Below, one piece after another: positions 49,631 through 59,228 of a stretch of DNA of 64,000 bases. The position numbers and the translations under genes are program-made. The notes beneath the pieces were generated by a model. The model was not told the DNA's origin. It worked only from the letters and a program-made list of their open reading frames with translations, and did no database searches. Location: contig CAVXXK010000014.1 in assembly GCA_963765675.1 (NCBI GenBank), positions 32,001-96,000 of the forward strand, written 5' to 3'. Every line of letters starts with the position of its first letter. The first letter of the stretch is position 1. The stretch comes from an uncultured delta proteobacterium. GTDB taxonomy: Bacteria > Desulfobacterota > Binatia > Binatales > Binataceae.

Positions 49631-51922
49631 TCACGGAATCATTAGAGAGAACACTCCGATGTTCGCAGCCGTCACGTCATCCATGAAATCCCCGTAATTG
49701 CCTGTTTCTCCGCCGGTCGGATAGCCCCAATGGTCGTTACCGTCGCCGCTAATTGTCGAGCTCCTTCCGTCATATGGATTATCGTGCGGAGTCAGCAATC
49801 CCCAGTTCGATTCCTGGCTATTCGCGTCATACATTGCCCACCAGTCGAAACCCACGACATGATACGTCCCGGTAGGCGTGTCACTCGCATCTGCGAATGC
49901 GGCGACCATTGCCTGATAACTTGCCCCGCGATCGGCCTGTGTCGAAAAGGCTCCGGGGTTGCTTGCGGCATATATTGATTCCGCCGAATCTGGTTGTGCC
50001 CAGAACCCTTCCCAGTTGACCCATGGCAGATCGCCTAAATATTGAGCAGTGAAATCGATTCGCGCCTGGAGGTCAGTACAATTTGAGCAAGGCCATGAAG
50101 GTACATTTCCAATGATCGGCAGAGTGAGATATTTGGCGGCTTCGGTCAGCACTTCTTTGCGTGGTGGTGCCCCCCATCCGCCTAGTTGCATCTGCAACAA
50201 AACTCCTGGTGCGGCACTGTGAAACTGGGCTGTTAAGACACTGAAATATTGATCGAGGTAGTAAACATAGAACGCGTTCATGTCGGATTGCATAGCGGAG
50301 GTTTCACCCGCAAGTGTGTAGACATTGCCAACCCAGCAAGTCTGGCCGCTCGCCGCAGACGGACAGGTGCCGTTCTCGTCGAGGATTCCCGAGCCGATCC
50401 CCCATCCCGCTCCGGATGCGCCGAAAGTTGAGTAGTTGGAATCCCACGCGCTATCTAATGCTGCGATGTTATTTGAGTACCGTGTGGCCAGCCAGGTTTC
50501 AAGAGCCTGCTTGGTATAAACCGTAGTATTGGAATAGGTAACGCCCTGGCTACTGTTCGACGTCTGGGTCGGAGCCGAGACGAGAGTGATCCAAGCGGCA
50601 TGAGCCGATGGGTTTGGTCCGCTTCCAACCTGACCGGTGTCACTAATGCTGGAAAAATCGGGTCCTTGGTCGAGCATTCCAGTCTGGTCTGACTCGTCGA
50701 TCGTAATGTACAGGAGATAATTGTTGTAGTGTGACTTGACCGCCTGCTGGAGTCCCCACGTATCATTGGCCAGTATGTTGGCGACACACGTTCCGAAATG
50801 CGGATCAAAATAATCGCCGAAATTGTACCGGTAGCCAGTATATACCGATCCGACCCCGTTCAAAATGTCTTTTATGGGGGAACTGATACCGCATCCGTTG
50901 ATGTTTTGGAATGCGCCATGGCTAATCTCCTCGGCGACCGAAAACGGCATCTTGACCGGAATTGAATTGTCGCCGGTTCCCCATGCGGGATCAGTTTCGG
51001 CTGGAGTCAGCTCCGCGATTGAGTAGTCTGCTACGGTATTGAATCCCCATGCTTGCAGCCGATGGACTTGCTCGAGCGCCCAATTGGCTTCCCAATTGGA
51101 GAGTGGACCGGCGGCGTACTTGTCTTCAATAAAGGTCGTCTGCGCGTTGTTGCCGTTCGGAATAACGTTGTAGACACCCTTGAGAAAAAAGCCGTTACCG
51201 GCAGGGTCGCAAATCCACCATCGACTTCCGATCTTTTCCGTGTAGAAGTGCGGGGCCGCACCGCTCGGGCACTGAACGCTCGTCGTCCCGCCATATTGGT
51301 CGAGACCTGTTGCGACCGGCGACCCGGTGGCTGTCGGAGAGGGCGTCGCAGTTTTGCGAGGCGTTGCGGTCCGGGTCGGAGGCTTCGGGGTTGGGGTGGG
51401 ACGCGGAGTTTTGGTTGGCGCCGGGGTCGGAGTCCCGGTCGGCACAGGGGTTGGAGTATTGGTTGGCCGCTGCTTAATAACCCGGTAGGCACCTGTAGCG
51501 GTTAACATCGCTCCATGCTGATAGACCTCGGCGTTCACATCGTAGCTACCGTCCGGCACACTCTTCATGTCGAGAGCTGCGAGCGACTGGTTGGCAACAG
51601 GATGATAAGCGCGATGGCGGACCCTGTGTCCCTTCGAGTCGCGCACGGCAATCACTACCCGATATTTTTGTAGAGGCACCGATTGCGGGGGGTCGACCGT
51701 GATCGCGGCCTGAATTGTCTGGGGACCGCCGGTATTCAGCACGCCGTCGGGAGGATACACCAACGACATCTGCAGGGTCGGAGGCGCGGGAGTCGGACTG
51801 GCCGATGCTTGAGTGCGACGCACCTCAGATAGGTCCGTCGCAGATGAGAGCCGACTCAAACCAAGGACTGTGATCGCCGCGCTGGCGAGAATCATCGCCG
51901 AACGAATTCTCAGAGACTTCAC
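49631..51922 (-). CDS. Secreted GH50/clan GH-A-like glycoside hydrolase with N-terminal beta-rich domain and Pro/Thr linker
   Basis: Signal peptide, PT-repeat linker, same core motifs as its neighbour, keeps both IDE and NWE. Confidence 0.75.
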   Translation of the reverse strand: MKSLRIRSAMILASAAITVLGLSRLSSATDLSEVRRTQASASPTPAPPTLQMSLVYPPDGVLNTGGPQTIQAAITVDPPQSVPLQKYRVVIAVRDSKGHRVRHRAYHPVANQSLAALDMKSVPDGSYDVNAEVYQHGAMLTATGAYRVIKQRPTNTPTPVPTGTPTPAPTKTPRPTPTPKPPTRTATPRKTATPSPTATGSPVATGLDQYGGTTSVQCPSGAAPHFYTEKIGSRWWICDPAGNGFFLKGVYNVIPNGNNAQTTFIEDKYAAGPLSNWEANWALEQVHRLQAWGFNTVADYSIAELTPAETDPAWGTGDNSIPVKMPFSVAEEISHGAFQNINGCGISSPIKDILNGVGSVYTGYRYNFGDYFDPHFGTCVANILANDTWGLQQAVKSHYNNYLLYITIDESDQTGMLDQGPDFSSISDTGQVGSGPNPSAHAAWITLVSAPTQTSNSSQGVTYSNTTVYTKQALETWLATRYSNNIAALDSAWDSNYSTFGASGAGWGIGSGILDENGTCPSAASGQTCWVGNVYTLAGETSAMQSDMNAFYVYYLDQYFSVLTAQFHSAAPGVLLQMQLGGWGAPPRKEVLTEAAKYLTLPIIGNVPSWPCSNCTDLQARIDFTAQYLGDLPWVNWEGFWAQPDSAESIYAASNPGAFSTQADRGASYQAMVAAFADASDTPTGTYHVVGFDWWAMYDANSQESNWGLLTPHDNPYDGRSSTISGDGNDHWGYPTGGETGNYGDFMDDVTAANIGVFSLMIP

Positions 51923-52365
51923 TACTACCTCTGCGTGCGAAAACTATGCGCACACAGAGAAACCAAAGGACGGTCCCGCTGCGGCACTCAAAAAATTGCC
52001 GACGAATCGCACGCAGCAGCGAGAGCAACGGCGATGCCACGATTCGAACGCGGGAAAAACTAGGGATTCTAGGGCTGATCGTCAAGAGTAACGGTCGAAC
52101 AAAGAGGTTACGCTAATATGAGCGATAACCGTCTCAGATGTTGCTGAGGTGCACGGTTTGTTGCATTTATGCAGCTTTCAGAGCCCGATACCGACCATCT
52201 TTAGGCGCCAGCGAGACTGGCTTCGGTTGTGAATTCTTTTGGAAAGATTCGAATTGAAACGTCAATAGACACAAATCAATGTCGCAGATCCGGGCAGGCG
52301 TCAATCGTGCCAGGGAACGAAGCCAATCGGAAGATCAAAATCTATCGGCACTTGCAAGAGGTAGA

Positions 52366-53035
52366 TCACTTGATAAGGTCACGGCACCGAAAGTCAATAT
52401 CTTCGCAGCTGCGTGACAACAATCTGTCAAGCGAGAACTGCTCGACTGCGAAAGATGCGACGGCACTTCCATAAAAGATCGCCGTGTGAAGCGCCGCTTC
52501 GGTTACGCGCGGCTCCCGTGCGAGGTAGCCCATGAAGAACGTCGAGCCGTGGCAGCAGTTTTCGGAGCTGCTCCCCGAAGTTCTCGATCCAATGAGTCAT
52601 CGTGTCGGCGGCGACGAGCTTGGGTTTGTGAACTTGGGACAGAACGCTCGCTTGCAATTCTGGCGCGACGTTCCTCAGGAACAGATAGTCGCATCGCTGG
52701 TGATCTGGGAGCAGTTTTGGAGAAAAGTTCTCGAAGACGTTCAGCCTAAGGCCCAGCGTGTCATGACAGCCCATGTCTGAGTGATAGCGCGCGTGCCATC
52801 GCAATGCTTTACCGGGCCGTTGCTCGAGGCCGCGCAGATCGATATCACGTTTGACGAGGATTTGGCGCGACTCGATTCTGAAGTCCGAGCCGACGGCCGC
52901 GATCACGCTTACCGGCGCGAAAAAACGCGCAGCAACCGAAAAGTACGCCGCCGATCCGCCGAGAACATCAGAAACGCCGCCATTGTCGGTCTCGATCGTG
53001 TCGTAGGCAATCGCGCCGACCACCACGAGATTCAT
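52366..53035 (-). pseudogene. PfkB-family sugar kinase with internal deletion and frameshift
   Basis: N-terminal VVGAIAYDTIET, LGGSAAYF...PRLDVL joined out of frame to C-terminal FMGYLA...IFYGSAVASFAVEQFSLDRL; GAGD motif absent. Confidence 0.85.
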
Positions 53036-53086
53036 ATCGTACAGCTAGCGGTTCCACTGGAGCGCCGTTACGACCGTAGGTCGAGT

Positions 53087-53953
53087 TTAATGCCGCGCAG
53101 ACACTCCAATCGCTCGCGGGCGTTGAAGGAGTCGCGGAGAGTCGAGTTTAGTGACCTTCTGTCGGCGTTCCGGTTTTGAGTATGCAGGTTGGCTAATCAC
53201 GCACTGGACCTGGGCTCTGGCCCGTGACAAATTTCCGCTCTCACCGAAATTCCACTTGTTCAGCAGAAGATATTGCTTTCCACTGCGGCTCAGCAATTCT
53301 GCTTCCACCATTTCCGCAACCAGCCGGCTAACCATAGGTCTCGAACAACCTATCATCTCAGCCAGATCCTCATGCGCCAGGTCTGGGATTAGCAGAATTC
53401 CGCGGGCATCCTTGACTCCAAACCGCTGCGCCAAATCGCTCAACACAACTTCGAGGCGCTGCCAGAAAGGCAGGTTGAGCAGCGTTGCAAACCAACGAAG
53501 ATGTTGTGACCAGAAGGTATTGAGCTGTTGCAGGATTTCGACCAGTGCGTCAGGCCCCAAGGCGCGAAGCATGCGCGCCACTTGGTCACGATTGATGAAC
53601 GCCACCGCACATTTGCTTGCGCTTTGCGCTTCGAAAATCTGAGCACGCTGCGCTTTGGTATCGATGTAATCGGCATAGCCGATTAACTCGCCCGGCCCCG
53701 CCAGACGCACCAAAGTGCGGTTGCCGTCCGCGACTGTGCAATAGACTTTGATGAAGCCGCTGAGCACACATCCGAAGAGATCGTTCGCCGAACCCTCGCT
53801 CAAGACCAAGACGCCTTTCTCGAAATTGACCGCTAGATTGCGCTCGACAATTCCGTCGGTTATTTCAGCCGAGATGCCCCAAGTGGAAAGATTACTCCGA
53901 AGATGGGAAAAAGCGTCGGTATAATTATGGTGTGCGTTCGGATTCAACTTCAT
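53087..53953 (-). CDS. Crp/Fnr-family transcriptional regulator
   Basis: cNMP-like domain (SGFIKVY, AGPGELIG) and HTH HEDLAEMIGCSRPMVSR. Confidence 0.92.
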   Translation of the reverse strand: MKLNPNAHHNYTDAFSHLRSNLSTWGISAEITDGIVERNLAVNFEKGVLVLSEGSANDLFGCVLSGFIKVYCTVADGNRTLVRLAGPGELIGYADYIDTKAQRAQIFEAQSASKCAVAFINRDQVARMLRALGPDALVEILQQLNTFWSQHLRWFATLLNLPFWQRLEVVLSDLAQRFGVKDARGILLIPDLAHEDLAEMIGCSRPMVSRLVAEMVEAELLSRSGKQYLLLNKWNFGESGNLSRARAQVQCVISQPAYSKPERRQKVTKLDSPRLLQRPRAIGVSARH

Positions 53954-54542
53954 TTTCTCTACTCCTCTATCGGGGTGCCGGCGTTGCATCCACCTCCTCT
54001 TTTCGAGCGCCTCAAAATGCTTTAGGACACCTGAATTCCATCACTGCCATCCGCGGCCTTCGTGTCCTGCGCGATCGCCGGGGTCCAGCACCTTGTTTTC
54101 GGGCTACCCCACAAGTTCAGAGAATGTGGGATAACGTAATGTGGCGACATACCGAACGGCTCTTAGGCTCTCATACAACCAAAAGTGACTATAGTCGCTA
54201 AAGTAAGGTCAATGGTATCGGACTCAATCAAATAGTCAATCAAGAACTTACGTCCATCCTGACGGGTATACTCATGAACCTCGTGAAATTTGACTCCAGC
54301 GTTATCGGCAGGTTTCAAAATAGCTGCCATAGAAAAACATAGCACGAAGCGGCTTCAAGGTAAGGAAGTTTTTTTGAGCCTTATGCCAGTTCCAATCGCG
54401 ATTCGGTTCGTTCCAAAAGCTTGTGAGCCCGATCCGGTTCGCATTAGACCGCGGCCCCGACGACGCCGCTCTCACAATAGGCGTGGCGATGTCTGTTTTC
54501 CGGCGGGTGAATTTAGGCGCGAGTGGCACTCGAAGCGTCCAA

Positions 54543-54590
54543 GCAGGCGCTCTTTTGGCATCAGCGCAGGCGCTCTTTTGGCATCAGCGC
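54543..54590. repeat. Perfect 23-bp tandem duplication
   Basis: gcaggcgctcttttggcatcagc x2 (plus gc). Confidence 0.9.
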
Positions 54591-54944
54591 TAAGCTTCGT
54601 CCGAATCGAACGAATTGGGGTCCTTTGCCGCGGTGCTGTCGCGGCCCAGCAAGCCGATGATTCTGTGGTGCGCGTGCTTGCGCTGGCCCCCTCGACACGC
54701 TTCCGATATCGGCACGTTATGGGTCGATCGCCGGGAGACCCCGGGCCAGTCTCCACCGTTCGTTCGGTCGATCTGTTCCTGTACTTTGTCAAACAAGCAG
54801 GTGACTGATAGCAACGTTACTCACATTTGGTGTGTTACGGTGAATTTAATCAGTTTGTAGTTCATTGTGCGCCATAACTGTCCAGTCCCTAAAAACTCTC
54901 CTGCTATCATGTACCTGTACTTACACCTACGGAGGCACATGTAA

Positions 54945-55535
54945 ATGCACAGGCTTCTTATGACCACCATCGCGGCTGCCACGGTAGCGATTTTCATCAC
55001 GGGCATGATTGCCATATCGGCGCGCTCGGTGCGCGCGCAGCAGAGTGATGTGGGTGAAGCTCAATTCGAGGGAGCGCATGGCGCTACCGGCGGTGTGGCA
55101 CAACCCGACAAAGCCGCTGCGCCAATCGATGTAAACGGATGCTGGACGGGGACGTTGTCGGACGTGGACGCCGGAGCAGGCAGTGGTTACCTGAACTTTG
55201 ATCAAGCGACGAACAAGAAAGGTCAACTTAAAAAAAATCTAAAGAGCATCAAATCGGCTTCAACTCACAATATTTACGTTGTGTGGAGCGACAATAGCTG
55301 CGCGTTTGGCTTCGGTCCGGGAACTGCCACCTCGACCGGTTTTCACGAGAAATTGAATACGGGAGGTAAATGCAAAGTCACGGTTGTCGGAAACATTTCG
55401 GGCAACGACTTGGTCGGCTCATATACCTTTCATGGATGCCCATCGAGCTTTGGCAGTCATTCTGGTTCGTTTGACCTGACCTTTGACAACACCGGCGACT
55501 CCTGCAACATCCCCAACGCTTGCAGCACCAACTGA
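54945..55535 (+). CDS. Secreted Cys-containing beta-rich hypothetical protein
   Basis: GGAGG upstream, signal peptide (...SVRA), six Cys, Gly/Ser/Thr-rich strands. Confidence 0.78.
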   Translation: MHRLLMTTIAAATVAIFITGMIAISARSVRAQQSDVGEAQFEGAHGATGGVAQPDKAAAPIDVNGCWTGTLSDVDAGAGSGYLNFDQATNKKGQLKKNLKSIKSASTHNIYVVWSDNSCAFGFGPGTATSTGFHEKLNTGGKCKVTVVGNISGNDLVGSYTFHGCPSSFGSHSGSFDLTFDNTGDSCNIPNACSTN

Positions 55536-56088
55536 TCGGAGGTCAGCACGATTGTTATGCAGCAGAGATCTCCCTATTGCCAACCTGCTGCAGAAATTGC
55601 CGTAGAAGGGGCCTCAGAGATGTCGAGCATGTACGCGATCCGGTAGCAGTACGAATCCACCGAGTAGGATGTTTGTACTCTTGGCAGGGCGAGATGACGG
55701 TGAACCGTCTGCTCGGCAACGCCTTTCGTCAAGGAGCTTGCCGGCAGATGGTTGAGCCGTGGTGGCCGGGTCGGACCGATCGAGCTTCCGACCTCATTCT
55801 TCGTTCCCGCTTGAGCGCCGCCGCCCTCGATACTGACGCAAGACAGCGACAGACCGTGCCTCGGCCGCGCCGCGGCATCTGACATCTCTTTCATTTTTGC
55901 GACGGGCGAACGTGAGATCCTCGTGCTGCTGGCGATTTCGCATGGACCGACAAATGCCATGCGAGTTCGCGCGTGCGGTTGGCCGACGTGATCAATGGCC
56001 GACCCGGCCGGGTGTACGACACTTGCGAAGGGAATTCGCCGCCAGCCTCGGGTCTGTCGCTTCGGCCGCACATGGGGCGAATTGACGC

Positions 56089-56120
56089 TTGACCCTGGAC
56101 TGTGGTCAAGGGTCTATCGT
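56089..56120 (+). promoter_or_regulatory. MerR-family promoter/operator
   Basis: TTGACC, 20-bp spacer, TATCGT, with dyad GACCCTGGAC-tgtg-GTCAAGGGTC across the spacer. Confidence 0.8.
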
Positions 56121-56129
56121 GAGGCACAG

Positions 56130-56564
56130 ATGACGATTGGTCGAGTAGCTGACGCCGCCGCAGTGAGCATAGACACGATCCGGTTCTACGAGCGGCAGGG
56201 CCTGATCGCGAAGCCGGGACGAAGTTTCTCGGGTTACAGGAATTATTCCGAGGACGTGCTCGACCGACTGCGTTTTATCGGCGAGGCGAAGCTGCTCGGA
56301 TTCACCCTGAGGGAAATCAAGGAACTGCTTTCACTCGGCGTAAAATCGACGACCGAATGCGGCCCCGTCACACGAAAGGCGGAAGCGAAACTCGTCGAAA
56401 TGAACCAGGAAATCGGCCGTCTGATGCGGCTCCGGATGACCTTGCGCAAGATGATCGAGGATTGCGGCGGACAATGCGTGCCGACGCATATGTCTCACCG
56501 GGCGTTCGCCCTGCGACGAAAGCGGCAAGTCGCAGGAAAAAGGAGATTACTATGGAAGTCGTGA
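56130..56564 (+). CDS. Metal-responsive MerR-family regulator
   Basis: MTIGRVA, TIRFYERQGL, GYRNY, LGFTLREIKELL; Cys in TEC and DCGGQC. Confidence 0.93.
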   Translation: MTIGRVADAAAVSIDTIRFYERQGLIAKPGRSFSGYRNYSEDVLDRLRFIGEAKLLGFTLREIKELLSLGVKSTTECGPVTRKAEAKLVEMNQEIGRLMRLRMTLRKMIEDCGGQCVPTHMSHRAFALRRKRQVAGKRRLLWKS

Positions 56565-56779
56565 TTTATACGAATACCGGATGCTCGGCGTGCCATCAGG
56601 CGAAGGAATTCCTCGCACAGCATCACGTCAGCTTTGTCGAGAAAAGTATCGCCAATGACGATTCCGCTCGCGACGAGCTGGTCCGCCTTGGCTTTCGCGC
56701 GGTGCCGGTTATCCGCGTCGGCGCCGAAACGATGCTGGGATTCAGCGCGGCGAAACTGAGAAAGATGCTCGGAATCTGA
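56552..56779 (+). CDS. Glutaredoxin/NrdH-like redoxin
   Basis: IYTNTGCSACHQAKEFL, AVPVI, LGFS; AGGAG RBS. Confidence 0.9.
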   Translation: MEVVIYTNTGCSACHQAKEFLAQHHVSFVEKSIANDDSARDELVRLGFRAVPVIRVGAETMLGFSAAKLRKMLGI

Positions 56780-56801
56780 AAATCGCGTAGCGGGGAAGAT
56801 A

Positions 56802-57356
56802 ATGAGCGATTCGTACCAGGTCAGCTTTGAAAACGAATTCGTGCGAATCGTGAACGTCAGTATTCCGGCGCGACAAACGCCGGCCATATATACACCTTCC
56901 GCGTTGCCGCTGGTCCGGATCGATCTCAACTCGCTAAAGACACGCTATTGCGACGCTACTTCGCGGCAAGAGCTGGCGCGTGCGAGTGACAATGCTGTGC
57001 GTGAGATTCGAGTCGAGATCAAGGCTGCGCCGTTCGCGAAGGCTCTCGCGCTGGATACGGTCCGCGTAGATCCAGCGCGATATCGAGTCGATTTTGAAAA
57101 TGACAAAGTCCGCGTGGTCCGCCTTGGCTTCGCTCCCCGAGAGAAGGGCGTCATGGTGGCGCATCCGCCGCGCGTCCTGATCACGCTCACCGACGTGCGG
57201 GTGAAGCTCATCTTTCAGGATGGAAGGGCCGATGAGCGCGGTGCGCCGGCGGGTGTCGCTGCGTGGCTCGAACCCGAAACACTGCAGACCGAGAACGCCT
57301 CGAATCAACCGCTGGAGGTTGTTCTGGTCGAACCGAAGAGCGCGCACGGTTTCTGA
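56802..57356 (+). CDS. Cupin-like protein with two related halves
   Basis: FENEFVRIV and FENDKVRVV repeats; EIRVEIK and EVVLVEPK. Confidence 0.7.
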   Translation: MSDSYQVSFENEFVRIVNVSIPARQTPAIYTPSALPLVRIDLNSLKTRYCDATSRQELARASDNAVREIRVEIKAAPFAKALALDTVRVDPARYRVDFENDKVRVVRLGFAPREKGVMVAHPPRVLITLTDVRVKLIFQDGRADERGAPAGVAAWLEPETLQTENASNQPLEVVLVEPKSAHGF

Positions 57357-57429
57357 TCGGTTCCAGTTTGAGCGCGCAATTGTACGAGAGCCAACCGGCC
57401 GCGCTAGATTGCACGCGGGAGGGTTAACA

Positions 57430-58191
57430 ATGCGGCTTCAGGATAAAGTTGCGATTGTGACCGGCGCAGCCAGCGGTATCGGGCGCGCGAGCGCCATAGC
57501 GTTTGCTCGCGAGGGCGCGAGGCTGGTGTTAAACGATCTCGACGCGCCCGGGTTGGAGGCCGTCATCCTGAAAATAGGACGAGAGCGCACTCGCGCAGTT
57601 GCCGGCAGCGTGGCGGATGAAGGCGTCGCGCGCCGGCTCGCGCAGGAGGCGATCTCAGCGTTTGGCCGCATTGATATCCTGGTGAACAACGCCGGGATTC
57701 ATTTCGTCAGGGACATCACCGAGATGACCGTCGCGGAGTGGGACCGGCTGATGGACGTTAATCTGAAGAGCATGTTTCTCTGCTGCAAGCACGTCATTCC
57801 GCACATGGTGAAGCAGAAGAAGGGCGCGATCGTGAATTTGGCTTCGATTTCGTCTTTCATCGGGCAGGAGATGGAAGGGGCCAGCACCTTTGCCTACAAC
57901 GTCACCAAGGCCGGCGCGCTGCAGCTAACGAAGTCGCTCGCGACACGCTACGCTTCCGATGGTATCCGCGTGAACTGCGTATGCCCCGGCAACGTCGAGA
58001 CCAATATTCTCAAACGCGGGACGCCGGCCGAAGTGGCTGAGTTCTGGCGCGCGGCATCGCGGGCTGAGCCGATAGGCCGCAACGCTCAGCCCGAGGAGAT
58101 CGCCAACGCAATTCTGTTTCTCGCGTCGGACGAATCATCGTTCGTGACCGGGTCCCCTCTCATCGTCGATGGAGGATACCTGGCGCGTTAG
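57430..58191 (+). CDS. Short-chain dehydrogenase/reductase
   Basis: TGAASGIG, NNAG, YNVTK, VDGG. Confidence 0.94.
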   Translation: MRLQDKVAIVTGAASGIGRASAIAFAREGARLVLNDLDAPGLEAVILKIGRERTRAVAGSVADEGVARRLAQEAISAFGRIDILVNNAGIHFVRDITEMTVAEWDRLMDVNLKSMFLCCKHVIPHMVKQKKGAIVNLASISSFIGQEMEGASTFAYNVTKAGALQLTKSLATRYASDGIRVNCVCPGNVETNILKRGTPAEVAEFWRAASRAEPIGRNAQPEEIANAILFLASDESSFVTGSPLIVDGGYLAR

Positions 58192-58200
58192 ACGCACCGG

Positions 58201-59202
58201 TTAGCGCCGGCCGAGCTTCGCGTACAACTCTGTCTCTGCCCGGGCGATCGGAGATTCAGACGCTTCACCGAGGAGCCGTTTGAACGTCGGCGATCCAGCT
58301 GCCTGCTCCGCGGCCCACCGCTTGGCAAAGGTGCCGTCGCGAATCTCCGTGATCGCCTTGCGCATCAGTGCCTCCGCGTCGGCTCCAATGAACTGTGCGC
58401 CGTGGGTGAGCTGTCCAAACTGACTGGTATGCGAATGCAACTTGAGCTGGTTCCAGATCCCCATCGAGGACATCGCCCGGCCGATCTCGCCGAGTTCCCC
58501 CGATGCATACAGCTCGAGCATCGCGACTTCGGGACTGACCCCCGCCTCGAGCAACAGTTTGTAAGCGCGCTCGAGCAGGAAGAGCATCGCACCCGCCCAA
58601 GTATGCTCGGAGAAGAGATCGACCATTGTTTCTTCTTCGAAGCTCGACTCGACGACAGCGCCGTGCGGAAGAAACGCGCCGATACCGTCGGAGATCGCAA
58701 GCGTGGTCGCAAGGGCACGGCCCGAGGCGTCCTGTTTGACGCCGATTAAGACCGGAAATCCCTCGCCGCGCGCGGGCAATTCGAGGACACCCTGGCCGAT
58801 CATCCGCGGCGCGACCAGGACCACGTCGACCTCACGCGGCGGAACGATGAACTTGTAGGTGATGTTGTAGCCGCTGGCGAAGACGAGAGTCTTGCCGCCC
58901 TCAAGATGCGGTTCAATCATCCGCCTGTAGATATCCGGCGCAATCTCGTCGGGCAGCAGCAGCATCACGACGTCGGCGAGTGCCGCGGCTGCGCCCATCG
59001 CGAGCACATCGAAACCGTCGGTGCGCGCCTGCCGCCAACTGTCGTCTTCCTGGTTGCCGACGATCACACGATGACCGGCGCGGCGCAGATTGATCGCCTG
59101 CGAACGTCCTTGGTTTCCATAGCCGATGATCGCGATAGTTTTGCCGCTGAGAACCCTGGGGTCGGCGTCCGTCGCCGCAAAGAATTTCGCCATTGCCGTC
59201 AT
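58201..59202 (-). CDS. ilvC: Ketol-acid reductoisomerase-like protein (class I, divergent)
   Basis: IGYGNQG, LLPDE, VAPRM, EETMVDLFSEH, HSHTSQFG, IRDGTFA. Confidence 0.82.
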   Translation of the reverse strand: MTAMAKFFAATDADPRVLSGKTIAIIGYGNQGRSQAINLRRAGHRVIVGNQEDDSWRQARTDGFDVLAMGAAAALADVVMLLLPDEIAPDIYRRMIEPHLEGGKTLVFASGYNITYKFIVPPREVDVVLVAPRMIGQGVLELPARGEGFPVLIGVKQDASGRALATTLAISDGIGAFLPHGAVVESSFEEETMVDLFSEHTWAGAMLFLLERAYKLLLEAGVSPEVAMLELYASGELGEIGRAMSSMGIWNQLKLHSHTSQFGQLTHGAQFIGADAEALMRKAITEIRDGTFAKRWAAEQAAGSPTFKRLLGEASESPIARAETELYAKLGRR

Positions 59203-59228
59203 CCTCCTATTTTCTCAGAGACCGGAAA

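Noticed and set aside
51330-51470. Repetitive GGGGT-rich DNA
   Set aside because: Encodes the Pro/Thr linker of the hydrolase; not an independent repeat array
52149-52166. GTGCACGGTTTGTTGCA, sigma54-like site
   Set aside because: Lacks the GG-N10-GC spacing and points away from the hydrolase genes
54543-54590. Possible mini-CRISPR
   Set aside because: Two abutting copies with no spacer and no cas genes in the window
55536-56088. Overlapping 120-165 aa ORFs on both strands
   Set aside because: No recognisable motif or RBS; cannot support a gene call, though a degraded remnant is possible
56679-57130. 16-bp identity TGGTCCGCCTTGGCTT shared by the redoxin and cupin genes
   Set aside because: Both copies encode VRLGF in frame; no flanking similarity or sign of recombination
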